Shown: positions 12,001-23,428 of the stretch, one piece after another
Position numbering within the stretch: the first letter of the stretch is position 1
How the letters are laid out: every line of letters starts with the position of its first letter
DNA from: Octopus bimaculoides
Taxonomy: Eukaryota
Reading direction: 5' to 3'
Assembly (NCBI RefSeq): GCF_001194135.2
Contig: NC_069006.1
Coordinates: 16,784,523 to 16,848,522, forward strand
Length of the DNA stretch: 64,000 nt
Notes under the pieces: generated by a model
What the model saw: the letters and a program-made list of their open reading frames with translations, nothing else
What the model was told of the DNA's origin: nothing
Database searches by the model: none
Made by a program: the position numbers and the translations under genes

Positions 12001-15000
12001 GGTCTCCCTCTTCCACAGCTTCCTTCCACTGGTAGAGATCAGCATCAGCACTTCTTCACACAACTGTCTACATCCATATGCATCACATGACCATACCAAC
12101 AGTTGTCTCTCTCTTGTACATTACATCTGATACCTTTTATGCCCAGCTTTTTCTCTAAAGACGCTTATACTGTCGAACATGCCCAATGACATTGCACATC
12201 CAGCGAAGCAAACTAGCTTCATTTCTTTCAAGCCTGTGCATGCCCTCAGTAGTCACAGCCTATGTTCCACTGCCATGTAACATGGCTGTTCTCACACAGG
12301 CATCATACAATCTGCCTTTCTCTCTGAGAGAAAGGCCCTTTGTTACCAACAGAAGTAGGAGCTCTCTGAACTTTGCCCAACCTATTCATATTCTAGCAGC
12401 TATGCTCTTTGAGCATCCACTTCTACTACTGACTTGGTGACCTAGATAATGGAAGCTATCAACTACTTCTAGCTTTCCCCCTTGGCATTTGATGAAGTCT
12501 ATTTTCTACCACACATAGAAACTATTTTCCCTGTTAACCTTCCTCTGGTATTGCTGCACCTCTCATGTATCCATTGCTTACAGCAGGTACATTTTATGGA
12601 ATTTCTACTTATGCCTTTCCTACAGATTGAGCAGGTCCATCTACCTGAAGGGGTTTGTGATTTGTTTGCCTTCCTACTTGCTAAGAATTTGGTTTTTGAT
12701 AGGTTAACTATAAGGCCCTTCAACTCTAGACCTTGGTTCCACACCTGAAACTTCTCTAGTTCTGGAAGTGATTCAACTATAAGAACAAGGTTGTCAGATA
12801 GAAGCTTCCAGGGACAACCTGTCTTGAAATCCTCTGTTATTGCCAGGAGGACTATGATGAACAAGAGGGGGCTGAAGATTAAACACCTACTTGTACTCTG
12901 AATTCTTCACTATACTCATTACCAACCCTCACTTTGCTGACAGCATCCCTGTACATGATTTGTACAGCTCTCACCAACCATTTGTCTATCCCTAGTTTCC
13001 ACACTGACCACCAGATTAGGGATCAGAGCTTTCTCCATGCCAACAAAAGCCAAGTACAGAAGTTTGTCTTTGGCTATGTATTTCTCCTGTAGCTGCCTTA
13101 CCAGAAATATAGCATTAATGGTACTTTCTCCTTGGCACAAAAGCAAACTGCATCTCATTTAGACTAACTCTCTCTCTCTAATTAGTTCAGTTATGACCCT
13201 CTCCATGACTTTCATCATGTGATCCAACAATTTCAAATTTTGTGTCACCTTAACACTTAAATGGAGTCTTGACTTTTTAAATGCTAGTCCTTCATTGGAA
13301 GTTTATAGAAATAAAAGAGGAGACTGAAAGAGAAAGTGGCTGGAAAAAGATAAAAAGAACATCTTCCAACCTGAATCTTAACCCCCTCTCTTTTTCTACT
13401 GAAGAGAGAAGAAAGGCATATAAATATTATGGTAAGATAAGAAAAGTCTGATCTTTGTTTGCAAACAAAAATGAACAACTGCAGACATAGTCTACTCAAC
13501 TTTCATTGATCAGTTTAGCAAAGACTTTTACTTAGAGAAAACAAATGACAAATAATTTTGAGCCAATATAATTTGAATAAATAATAAAAAATTATGGGAG
13601 CTAAAGAAAATAACTCAAATGTCTTCCTTATTGTTGTATTGTTGTTACTGTTGTTTTTCTTACCTTTGAAACTAGTGATAGAGGGTTGCTATCTAACAAG
13701 TCAATACAGCTGCTTGAAATCCAAGCATGAGAGCGAGGTGTGCCCAAGAACTCCACATGGTAACTGTCTACAACAATCTCTTCCACTTCCTGGTGTTTTC
13801 TTTGCTCTTCTTCCTGGTACTCAACGTATCCGTTACAGAATGGATCAAAGCTTACAACAGCTGGCCACCTGAAATAATTATCCAGAATAAGAAAAGTTTT
13901 CATCCTTGCACTCCATCAACTAGCACAGCTATCACTTCACAAAAGTCTTTTCAATAAACTTCAGTCCCATTTTGATAAATTCAAGTTCCACTTCAATAAA
14001 TATGAGTCAGTTCAATAAACTAGTGTCTGTCATAATGGTGAACAGGAACACCACTTCAATAAAGAAAGCACCATTTCAATGAATGTGAGTGCCCCAATTT
14101 GATAAACTTGAGTGCCACTCCAAAAAACATAAATGTCAACTTCTGAGTATCAGTAAGTACTCCAGTTGTACAGACACATCCACACTCAAATGTACACAAA
14201 ATGTTGCAAATACAGATAGATAAACAGCAAACACAAAAATTGGATACACCTATAGAAACAGTAAACAAATGTAGAAAATGGATTATTTAGAAGCAAGAAC
14301 TATTAAGTAATTTGAAGTAGTGCTTTGTCCAGTATCTGCACTAAAGTAATAAGAAGCACATTGTTTACAAAGTACATTTTACAATTTTTACGATGTTTAT
14401 AGCCTTATTTTAAACTTTTTATTTTATTGTTAATATAATTCATTAAGAGAGTATTGTAGTTCGCTTGAAGCATTGTGTATTGTTTGTAAAGAATAAAAGT
14501 TTAGAATGGTACAACAATGCACTATAAAACAAGAAATGAACTATATACCTGTTGTAATTTGGTTATCTATAGTCCTATGATATTTCGGAATTACAATTCC
14601 TTCTTCAGAAGTTTATAGCAGAGACTCCAGCCAAGAAGATCTGAAGAAGGAATTGTAATTCCGAAATATCATCGGACTATAGATAACCAAATTACAACAG
14701 GTATATAGTCCATTTCTTATTTTATAGTGCATTATAGTGCATAATAATCTGGATCTCAGTTCATCCTTCATGTTGCAGCTAGATTTGTTAGCCTCTTGTT
14801 TCATCACAACCCCTACCACCCTCCAGCAGATAACAGGATTGTGAGACAAACGTCACACATGAAATATCATCATCATCATCTAACGTCCGTTTTCCATGCT
14901 GGCATGGGTTGGACGGTTTGACTGAGGTCTGGAGAGCCAGATGGCTGTACCAGGCTCCAATCTGATCTGGCAGAGTTTCTACAGCTGGATGCCCGTCCTA

Positions 15001-17159
15001 ACGCCAACCATGCCAAGAGTGTAGTGGGTGCTTTTTATGTGCCACCAGCACAGGAGCCAGTCTGGCAGGCCTGGCATTGATCACATTCAGAGAGTGCTTT
15101 TTACATGCCACCAGCACAAATGTGTATAAATGTGTATGTGTGTGTGTGTGTGTGTGCATGATATATAATACATTTTAAACCTTACCAACAGTAGCCTGCC
15201 ATGATGGCCATTACCAAATCTCCTGGGGTTAAATATGGATATACAAACACCACTCCCTTTTTCCACATAGTTTTCTCAATGGATTCAAAATTATCTTCTT
15301 CGATATTGCAGTTATTCTTTGCCTGATCTTTGTTGAATTGGCAAATCCACTTCTTGTCATCATCACACCATCCATGAACTTCCTGTTTGGTTACAGATCT
15401 CCATTTTAAGCAGCTATCACATTGGATCCAAGACATTCCTATCATCTGGGTTGGTAAATGACAAACAGAGATGACGGTTAATTAGTGACATAAATGATGG
15501 TGTTGGTGGAGGATGTGTTAGTGATAATGGGGATGGGAACAATGGTTGTATGTGAAGGTAGTAGTGCCGTTATAATTGTTGTTGTTAGTGGTGGTGGAAC
15601 AACATTAATACATATTTCATCAAACATACCCCTTTTTCTTCAGACCCTTTCAGGGATAATTGTCTTCTCAGTTTTAATTTAGAACCTTTATCATCCTTCC
15701 TTGACTTTTTGACAGTTGGAGCATCACTCCAAGCCACATTTTTCCTTGATTTTTCAGCAGCAGAACGCAAATTAAGAATCTGTTCCTGGAGCTCATTGTT
15801 GAGGTTTTCAAATAAATATGGACTATTCAAGACTTGTTTCATGAAAGAAGAAAAAAAGAGATAATAAAAATGATTAGTCCAAGGGTAGTACAAGGGAGGG
15901 GTGTTTAGTCATTTTATATTAAACACCACCTCAGTATCTGACTGGTGTTTATTGTATTGACCATAGGATCCCCAAAAAAGGGTGAAGGATAAAAAGGTGA
16001 TGTTGATTTGAACTTAAAACATGACAGAAAGAATGTAACTAAATGCTGTAATGTCTTCTTCTTTCTTCTTTTGACCTTTCAAAGCCTAGCCAGGCTCATG
16101 GGCCCGGTTTCCCGGTTTCTATGGCGTATGTGTTCCCCCCAGCTGGACGGGACGCCAGTCCATCGCAGCGTTACTCAAGAAAGAGGAAGAAAGAGAGAAA
16201 GTTGGGGCGAAAGAGTACAACAAGGGTCGCCACCCCCGTCCCCTGCCGGAGCCTCGTGGAGTTTAGGTGTTTTCGCTCAATAAACACTCACAACGCCCTG
16301 TCTGGGAATCGAAACCGCAATCCTCCGACCGCGAGTCTGCTGCCCTAACCACTGGGCCATTGCGCCTCCACTCAAATGCTGTAATGTATTTAGTGCAATT
16401 CTTTACTGTTTATATTAGTACTCAGCCCCCCTCTCTCTCTCCCTCTACCTACACCTCCTTCTTTCTCTACTCTTGCTCTCCCTCCTCCTTTCTCTACTCT
16501 TGCTCTCTCTTTCCCTTTCTCTATGTTTCTAAATTTTCTCTCTTCCACTACTTTTCCTCAGATGATCAACTTTCATTCTATAAATAATTTGTCTGTTAAT
16601 TCACTCATCTCTTGCTCTGGCTATCCATGCCTCTGTTTAGAATCAACTGTTTCTATAATCTCTCGTTTCATTTATTAGGAAGCTGAAAACATTTACTCCT
16701 TAAAATATTGCATCTAGAGAAACTTCTAAAATATTGTATCTAGAGGAAGTGAAAGGGTCTCTTTCTTTTTTAACATAGAACATTGATTTATTAGATCTAT
16801 TTTTCAATACTGAATGTTATTGTTGACTAATTAAAGTTAGATTAGGAAAACAAAGAATATTTTCATGCAACATCAGACGCTCACTGTGATGAAATAAACC
16901 TTCAGGCTGTAGTTTGTGATATAAAAGTGTTTTTATTTTTTCTTTAAACACTTAAGTATTAATATTAATTAACATAAATCTGGAACTAGGCGTAGGAGTG
17001 GCTGTGTGGTAAGTAGCTTGCTTACCAACCACATGGTTCCGGGTTCAGTCCCACTGCGTGGCATCTTAGGCAAGTGTCTTCTACTATAGCCTCGGGCCGA
17101 CCAAAGCCTTGTGAGTGGATTTGGTAGACGGAAACTGAAAGAAGCCCGTCGTATATATG

Positions 17160-17192
<33 letters not shown>

Positions 17193-17488
17193 TTGTCCCC
17201 CCCCCCAACATCACTTGACAACCGATGGTGTGTTTACGTCCCTGTATCTTAGCGGTTCAGCAAAAGAGACTGATAGAATAAGTACCAGGCTTACAAAGAA
17301 TAAGTCCTGGGGGTCTCGACTAAAGGCGGTGCTCCAGCATGGCCACAGTCAAATGACTGAAACAAGTAAAAGAGTAAAAGAGTAACTAACTTAATTTTTC
17401 TTTTTGTTTAATGCCTAGTCAAGGGAGGAAGTATTACAGACTTACCTGTTTTCTTCCAAGATCGAGTGACAATTTTCTTAAGGTCCAT
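1791..17488 (-). CDS. Zinc finger CW-type PWWP domain protein (ZCWPW1/ZCWPW2-like) with an additional ARID domain. Exons 5'->3': 17488-17446, 15832-15630, 15445-15186, 13868-13664, 10310-9851, 8388-8219, 6825-6673, 5446-5352, 4257-4112, 2648-2571, 2071-1928, tentative last exon 1840-1791 (about 668 aa)
   Basis: All listed junctions are GT-AG and phase-compatible, giving one open frame. CW finger WIQCDSCLKWR...WICQFNKD...NNCNIEED. PWWP GYCW|WPAVV...YHVEFLGTPRSHAWI resembles ZCWPW2 YHIEFLGDPHSRSWI from memory. The start codon and last exon are less certain, and ZCWPW1 versus ZCWPW2 orthology cannot be decided here. Confidence 0.88.
4112..6825 (-). CDS. Three exons (6825-6673, 5446-5352, 4257-4112) encoding an ARID/BRIGHT domain
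   Basis: Spliced peptide HEADFTVDLKQFLTSNNMHLEVAMWENITIDTYQFYCVVLDAGGYST|VTHKRKWAVIYREVTNTLQKYKGHVARSYYER|NLLAYEIYK follows the ARID pattern (F..DL..F; D.Y..Y..V...GG...V....KW..I; YY...LL.YE). Phases 0/0/2/1 are consistent. Confidence 0.8.
4682..5020 (+). mobile_element. tRNA-headed SINE family C
   Basis: Head GGCGCAATGGCCCAGTGGTTAGGGCAGCGGACTCGC, (CAA)n tail and 11-bp TSD ACTATGTAACT. Confidence 0.88.
5865..6407. other. Assembly gap; others at 20942-21615, 22330-22339, 49739-50507 and 61737-62339
   Basis: Runs of N. Confidence 1.
6895..7117. mobile_element. TTAA-flanked MITE (piggyBac-type ends) inserted into a SINE
   Basis: TTAA|CCCTTT...AAAGGG|TTAA. The flanks rejoin into the SINE family seen at 33715-33930. 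Confidence 0.75.
8848..9030. repeat. Near-perfect foldback palindrome (78-bp arms, 27-bp spacer)
   Basis: 8848-8925 versus the reverse complement of 8953-9030, one mismatch. Confidence 0.9.
9290..9750 (+). mobile_element. RTE-clade LINE C-terminal fragment
   Basis: DVNSKIR...SISSQMKILLYQSTVLPTAVYRRETWK resembles the RTE post-RT motif K..LY...VLP.LLYGCETW. Confidence 0.7.
10670..10985 (+). mobile_element. 3' end of the RTE LINE (or a SINE sharing its tail). Related copies at about 14868-15115(-), 28180-28410, 34470-34650, 35920-36210, 48415-48485, 49690-49738, 52340-52645, 53790-53975 and 61110-61280(-)
   Basis: Recurrent ...GGTTGGCGTTAGGAAGGGCATCCAGCTGTAGAAAC...AACCCATGCTAGCATGGAAAGCGGACGTTAAACGATGATGATG, homologous to the tail of the LINE at 11520. 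Confidence 0.85.
11158..11205 (+). ncRNA. Minimal type-I hammerhead ribozyme-like motif (probably CpG-decayed)
   Basis: gatac CTGATGA a GGCTG-loop-CAGCC GAAA TG TT gtgtt: core, 5-bp stem II, and 5-bp stem I with two G-U pairs. Confidence 0.6.
11520..13170 (-). mobile_element. 5'-truncated, degenerate RTE-like LINE (RT remnant plus 3' UTR and (GAT)n tail)
   Basis: Peptides QGESTINAIFLVRQLQEKYIAKDKLLYLAFVGMEKA and TGCPWKLLSDNLVLIVESL...GLIVNLSKTK are RT motifs with frameshifts. The tail (CAT)n on the plus strand is at about 11525. Confidence 0.85.
13664..13868 (-). CDS. Exon encoding the PWWP domain core
   Basis: WPAVVSFDPFCNGYVEY...VDSYHVEFLGTPRSHAWISSSCIDLL. The phase-2 acceptor completes the W-W-P motif, and the donor is AAG|GTAAGA. 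Confidence 0.93.
14516..14732. repeat. Foldback palindrome (arms of about 93 bp, 30-bp spacer)
   Basis: 14516-14609 versus the reverse complement of 14640-14732, with a few mismatches and one indel. Confidence 0.9.
14638..14673 (+). ncRNA. Minimal type-I hammerhead ribozyme-like motif inside a palindrome
   Basis: gat CTGAAGA a GGAAT-tgta-ATTCC GAAA TA TC atc: palindromic ATAT stem III, a UC cleavage-site dinucleotide and a 3-bp stem I. Confidence 0.55.
15186..15445 (-). CDS. Exon encoding the zf-CW domain and the start of the PWWP domain
   Basis: MIGMSWIQCDSCLKWRSVTKQEVHGWCDDDKKWICQFNKDQAKNNCNIEEDNF...LTPGDLVMAIMAGYCW. It has four CW cysteines, acceptor ccaacccag and donor GTAAG. Confidence 0.93.
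16084..16372 (-). mobile_element. SINE sharing the family C tRNA head but with a different 3' body; the same 3' end recurs at about 22530-22590(+)
   Basis: The head is near-identical to family C. The body contains CTGCGATGGACTGGCGTCCCGTCCAG and ends GAAACCGGGCCCATGAGCCTGGCTAGGCTTT. Confidence 0.8.
16988..17383 (+). mobile_element. tRNA-headed SINE family A (about 400 bp, internal (TA)n/(TG)n). Other near-full copies at 25200-25602(-), 34995-35395, 39721-40125(-), 42455-42854 and 57487-57898(-), plus many fragments
   Basis: A-box/B-box-like head GGCTGTGTGGTAAG...GGTTCAGTCCC, shared body CCTTGGGCAAGTGTCTTCTACTATAGCC...GGAAACTGAAAGAAGCCC, and tail GAAACAAGTAAAAGAG. Confidence 0.9.
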
Positions 17489-19066
17489 ATGGTCACAGCT
17501 CACTGTACTATAATATCCTGACTGATCTCTGCACAGAAATTGAGTGAAATATTAAGATATCATCATTGTCATTATCGTCACTGACATCAGATTCACCACC
17601 ATCATCACTACTATCATCACCATCCTCCAGTTTAACACTACCACCTGGATGCCTTTAATAGAGCACACTACAGTATTAGAGATAATTTGTGATGCTGTCA
17701 GTTCCTGCACCAGCACAGGCGGGTAGCCGCTAGAGCAGCAAAAACAACAGCCAAACGAAAGTTCCGTCAGCTTTATGGTGTATCCTCAGATTTGTTTCCG
17801 ACATATATGATTTCATGTGGCAGAAGAGGTACCACAATATTGAAAACATTTGAAAATTTACTCGTTCACATAGCTGAGCAATATAAATTTCAAATTCATA
17901 ACAAACATTTATGCAGTGACACTTTGTTTTACATCTATTACACTAATTTTTTTTCGTTTTTGAGCTCAGGGTCAAACGCTTTACTTTGACCAGAAATAGT
18001 AGGGATCACACGGTTATAATTCCTAAGGCTTATAGGGTATCAAAAGCAGCCATCCCAACCAATTCATCTCTGATTTTTTTCAGATTATGCTAATAATGGT
18101 ACATTTTACCTGTTTCTGTCACTGAACTGTGGCCATGCGGAGGCACCAACTTTTAGTCGAAAATAAACCTAAGGGTTTATTTTTTTTAAAGACCGGCACT
18201 TCAGGTCAGGAGGAATAACTTCCAGAAATAGTTAAGTTCTCCAACAAAGAACAGATGCAACCAGTGAAAATTTTAAAAATAGTTCAAGGATTCTCCATTT
18301 GAGTATCCCGAGTGAGCATATGCACACAACCACATATACATATGGAATATATGTACGTACACTCATATAAAAAAATAGTAATGCAACATTGTTCTCTCAT
18401 GACATGCACACCTAGGACTACAATGTATCAATCAATTCAGATAAGAACAAACACTAAGAGCTGTTTTCATTTAAACAAAACAGTCTTGCAACTTTGTTAG
18501 TGACTGACTTCAATATTGCAAAAGGGAAAACTTGAAATAAATTCAAAAGAAACATATTATATGCGCAGGAGTGGCTGTGTGGTAAGAAGCATGGTTCCGC
18601 GTTCAGTCCCACTGCGTGGCACCTTAGGCAAGTGTCTTCTTCTACTATATAGCCTTGGGCCAACCAAAGTCTTGTGAGTGGATTTGGTAAACGGAAACTG
18701 AAAGAAGTCCATCATATATGTATATATATATATACTCTTTTCCTCTTTTACTTGTTTCAGTCATTTGACTGTGGCCATGCTGGAGCACCGCCTTTTAGTC
18801 GAGCAAATCGACCCCAGGACTTATTCTTTGTAAGCCTAGTACTTATTCTATCAGTCTTTTTTGCCGAACCGCTAAGTTACGGGGACGCAAACACACCAGC
18901 ATCGGTTGTCAAGCGATGTTTGGTGGGGGGGTGACAAACACAGACACACAAACATATACACACACATACATATATATATATACATATATACGACGGGCTT
19001 CTTTCAGTTTCCGTCTACCAAATCCACTCACAAGGCTTTGGTTGGCCCTAGGCTACATATATATAC

Positions 19067-19142
<76 letters not shown>

Positions 19143-19452
19143 GTATATTTTATCGAGTAGCCAGCGTGTAAACCAATTAAGGAAAAAATTAATACAAAGT
19201 ATCTAATTTTTTCCTGCATATATGAAATACCTTATAATATCTAGGGCTATTACTATTCATTGAAATATTTTGACTTTAGAATCCCATTAAAGTGTGTAGC
19301 TTTTACACACAGTAACAGGCCTAGATATCATAATATATATACACACATACATAGAAGAATAGGAATTAAAATTAACTCTTATTCACGTGGCTTTTCCAAA
19401 GATACATTTATTAAAACATAAGTAAATATTTATATAAATACTACGAACTTAC

Positions 19453-19885
19453 AGTGGTCGTCTGCAAATTTCCTCGCCATTTGCCTTCGATTGCCCACAC
19501 ACTCCCTCTCTTTCTCTCTCTATTACACTGTCTTCCTCTCTTCTCTTACCCACCTAAATTCACTCTCATTTTGCTTTACTCTCTTTCTATTTTCAATACA
19601 CGACATTTACCTCCCCCTCTCTCTATCTCTCTTCATCTCACTCTCGCACGCACGCGCGCATACACCTTCTCTCTACTTTCCTTTCTCATTGCCTGTTTCA
19701 CTCTCTTCTCACTCTCCATTTTACTCTCACCAACTCCTCTTTCTCGTTTTCTCTTTTCCTTTTCTTTCGACTTCCATCACCGACACTTCCCCTCCCGCTC
19801 TCTTCTTATCTCTTTCTTCCTCTGCCTGTAACTCACTCAGAATCGTTAGTATGCTCGAAAAAATGCTTCGTCGTATTTTGCCTGG
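19453..19885. promoter_or_regulatory. Probable bidirectional promoter region between the ZCWPW-like gene (-) and the C16orf89-like gene (+)
   Basis: Minus-strand donor CACT|GTAAGT at 19452 with no upstream acceptor. Plus-strand candidate donor CTGG|GTAAAT at 19886. Between them is a CT/GA-rich, CpG-containing stretch. Confidence 0.45.
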
Positions 19886-22288
19886 GTAAATTTTGATCCC
19901 TTTTTACCCGCAAGATTTTTACCAAGAAAAAAAAAAAACGCGGATTTTTTTTGCGTGGAATCAAGTACCCTGACCTCCTAATATACTGCAAACCCCTTAT
20001 TTTTGTTCGGAAAAAAAGGAAGGGGTGGGGGTAAAAACCGCCCCCTCCTCATCCCGGAATCATTGGAAATTCTTTTCTTTTCTTTTTTTTTTTGTTGAAT
20101 GAATTCCGGTGACCTAATATGTCACAAAACCCTTTTTGGGGGTCCGGAAAACGAGGTGTGATGGAATGGAACCCTCGGAAATTTTACCCACTCCCAACAT
20201 TTTACAGACGTGCATTTTCCAGAGTGTTAATTAAAGTCGTAGTGTGTGTGTATGTATATGATAGCGTGTATGTATATGTAGACAGGTAAAATTCACCGAC
20301 AATGTACTACTTACCTCTTTGCTGTCAAATAAATGGATTAATTCTCGACTAAATATTTTCAGCTTTATACCAGCATTTTAGGGGGAAAAGACCCAAAAAT
20401 CATTCACGCCCAAACTAATTTCTGAGTGAATGGGGGAAGAGAGACAGAGAATAATAATTGCATATTTACGGCTGAACTTTTTCAAAATTAAAATTTTGTT
20501 TTTCAGTGTACGTGGAAAAATACGGATATTGAGAATATGGGAAAATTCTTTTCTAATTTCTCAAATTTTCTATGAAAAACTCCAAACTAACTGAAACAGT
20601 AAACGTCGATATGCTAAAAACAATAGCCAAATGCCTGGAGAATTTTTGTGTTTGTGTGTGCGCGTGCAACAATTTCAATGACTTTTTTCTAATAAGCAGA
20701 GAAAGTAGAGAAATATGTTCTACATACCTGTCATGTACGTCGGTTTTCGTGTCCTTGAAATTTTTGAGGATGATGGAAAAGCCGATGCACCCACTAAAAT
20801 CACGAGATTTTTGGGGATGAGGCTAATGCAGATTCGCACTTCCCCTACAAAAATGCAGTTCTCTGAAAAAGTTTATTCCGACATGTAAAACCTGGGAATC
20901 CAAATAAACTTTTTCAGAAAAAAGCATTTTTCTAGGGGAGANNNNNNNNNNNNNNNNNNNNNNNNNNNNNNNNNNNNNNNNNNNNNNNNNNNNNNNNNNN
21001 NNNNNNNNNNNNNNNNNNNNNNNNNNNNNNNNNNNNNNNNNNNNNNNNNNNNNNNNNNNNNNNNNNNNNNNNNNNNNNNNNNNNNNNNNNNNNNNNNNNN
21101 NNNNNNNNNNNNNNNNNNNNNNNNNNNNNNNNNNNNNNNNNNNNNNNNNNNNNNNNNNNNNNNNNNNNNNNNNNNNNNNNNNNNNNNNNNNNNNNNNNNN
21201 NNNNNNNNNNNNNNNNNNNNNNNNNNNNNNNNNNNNNNNNNNNNNNNNNNNNNNNNNNNNNNNNNNNNNNNNNNNNNNNNNNNNNNNNNNNNNNNNNNNN
21301 NNNNNNNNNNNNNNNNNNNNNNNNNNNNNNNNNNNNNNNNNNNNNNNNNNNNNNNNNNNNNNNNNNNNNNNNNNNNNNNNNNNNNNNNNNNNNNNNNNNN
21401 NNNNNNNNNNNNNNNNNNNNNNNNNNNNNNNNNNNNNNNNNNNNNNNNNNNNNNNNNNNNNNNNNNNNNNNNNNNNNNNNNNNNNNNNNNNNNNNNNNNN
21501 NNNNNNNNNNNNNNNNNNNNNNNNNNNNNNNNNNNNNNNNNNNNNNNNNNNNNNNNNNNNNNNNNNNNNNNNNNNNNNNNNNNNNNNNNNNNNNNNNNNN
21601 NNNNNNNNNNNNNNNTTAATTCTCAACAAAATATACTTCTTTTCTCCACTAATTAATCGATGTTCTCGGTAAGTATGGGGGCTAGGAAAAAATAAAAGAG
21701 GCATTAAGAAGTTGACGTTAAGAATTGCTTTAACAGAAAATGAAGCTGTAAGAATTAACGGGGAAATTGTGTGTAAGAATTAATAGCAGACGTATCCAAT
21801 TTAAGAAAAGTGAAGATAAAAGCTAAGTGAAGGAGTATGGAATAAGTAATTGTTATACGCTTATAGAAAATCAATTTATATTATAGAATAGATACATACC
21901 TGTTGAAGACGAAAATGTATGTGAGAGCTATTGTGTATAATCATAGAGAAACTGAAAGACATGAAATGGACGTGTGTGTATGTGTGTGTGTTTTTTGCGG
22001 CTAATTTGGCGGGAGTTTTGCAGTCAGCAGGAGGTGATTTGTGTTTTATCTCTCGATCAATGGCCGGACAAGTGAAAATATTTTTTTAATATGTGTTTTG
22101 GGGAAAGGGGATCTTTTGAAGTGTGCGTCAAATGAAAAGAGACATGGACAGTTTTATGACTGAACTTCTATTGAAGTTGGCGTGAGATGGAAGAATTGAT
22201 GTGCGTGCGTATGTCTGCGTGTGTGTGTGTGTGTGTATGTTTGATGGGGTGTGCGAGACAGAGAGAGTAATGTTGATGGTGTGTGTGT

Positions 22289-22329
<41 letters not shown>

Positions 22330-22886
22330 NNNNNNNNNNAGAAAGAAAGAGAGAGAGAGAGAGAGAAAGAAAGAAAGAGAGAGAGAAAGAAAGAAAGAGA
22401 GAGAGAGAGAAAGAAAGAGAGAGAGAGAGAAAGAAAGAGAGAGAGAGAGAGAAATAACTGAAATTTTTTATTTAATTTTTGTAGTGAGTGAATGTGTGAG
22501 TGATTGACAGAGAAAAACCAAGAGAGAGAGAGAGAGAGAAACCAGGAAACCGGGCCCATATGCCTGGCTAGGCTTTAAAAGGGCGAAAAGAAAGATGTAT
22601 GCATAAACATAAACACCCATTATAAATTTTGATTTGTCCCTGTAATTATCAGTAGAACCCCTACCTATATTTAGTCAAGGCTTCCTCCTTTGCCTCACAC
22701 TGCTTTATCAATCATTATTCAAACCGGATACAGACATCACCACCATCGCCCCAGCTAATCTGTGGGATTGCATGAGACAGACCATCTGCTGTTTCACCAT
22801 TCTCTGTATACAGTCAATAAGTGAGGACATATTTTTACCATGTGAGTTGTTATAAGTATTTGCTCTTGCTTTATGTACATATATGA

Positions 22887-22931
<45 letters not shown>

Positions 22932-23428
22932 CAGGTATGATGGTGATTCTGGAATGTGGCCTTTAGATATGTTCGGGTATTTTGATGTATAATTACATGT
23001 TTAAGTAAAAGAAATGGTGTGTGTGTATCATATATGTAAATGTAGTCTATAAACTTTTTTAACATAAAATTCATATATACCTGCACAAATATATCCTTCA
23101 TCTTTGTGTTATATCATTATTGTATTAATCTTATGCATAGAAGAGTTCCCCATGTGTATCCTGCCTTTGAGTATATTCTGTATGTCAAATGCACATTGCA
23201 AGTTTTTTTGCCAAATTATACTAAATATTATATATACACACACACATATATATATACACCAGTAAAGTTAATTTAACCACATCAAAGTGGCTGTTCCATG
23301 TTACTACTAGTTTAACCCCAGGCAGATCTTCAGCCAGCTGGTTGTTCAAGTAAAAATATGGTGAAATTTTTGAGACTTCTTGGTTTTTTTCAACACTTGA
23401 AGAGAAATGTATATCTTAGTTTTTAACG

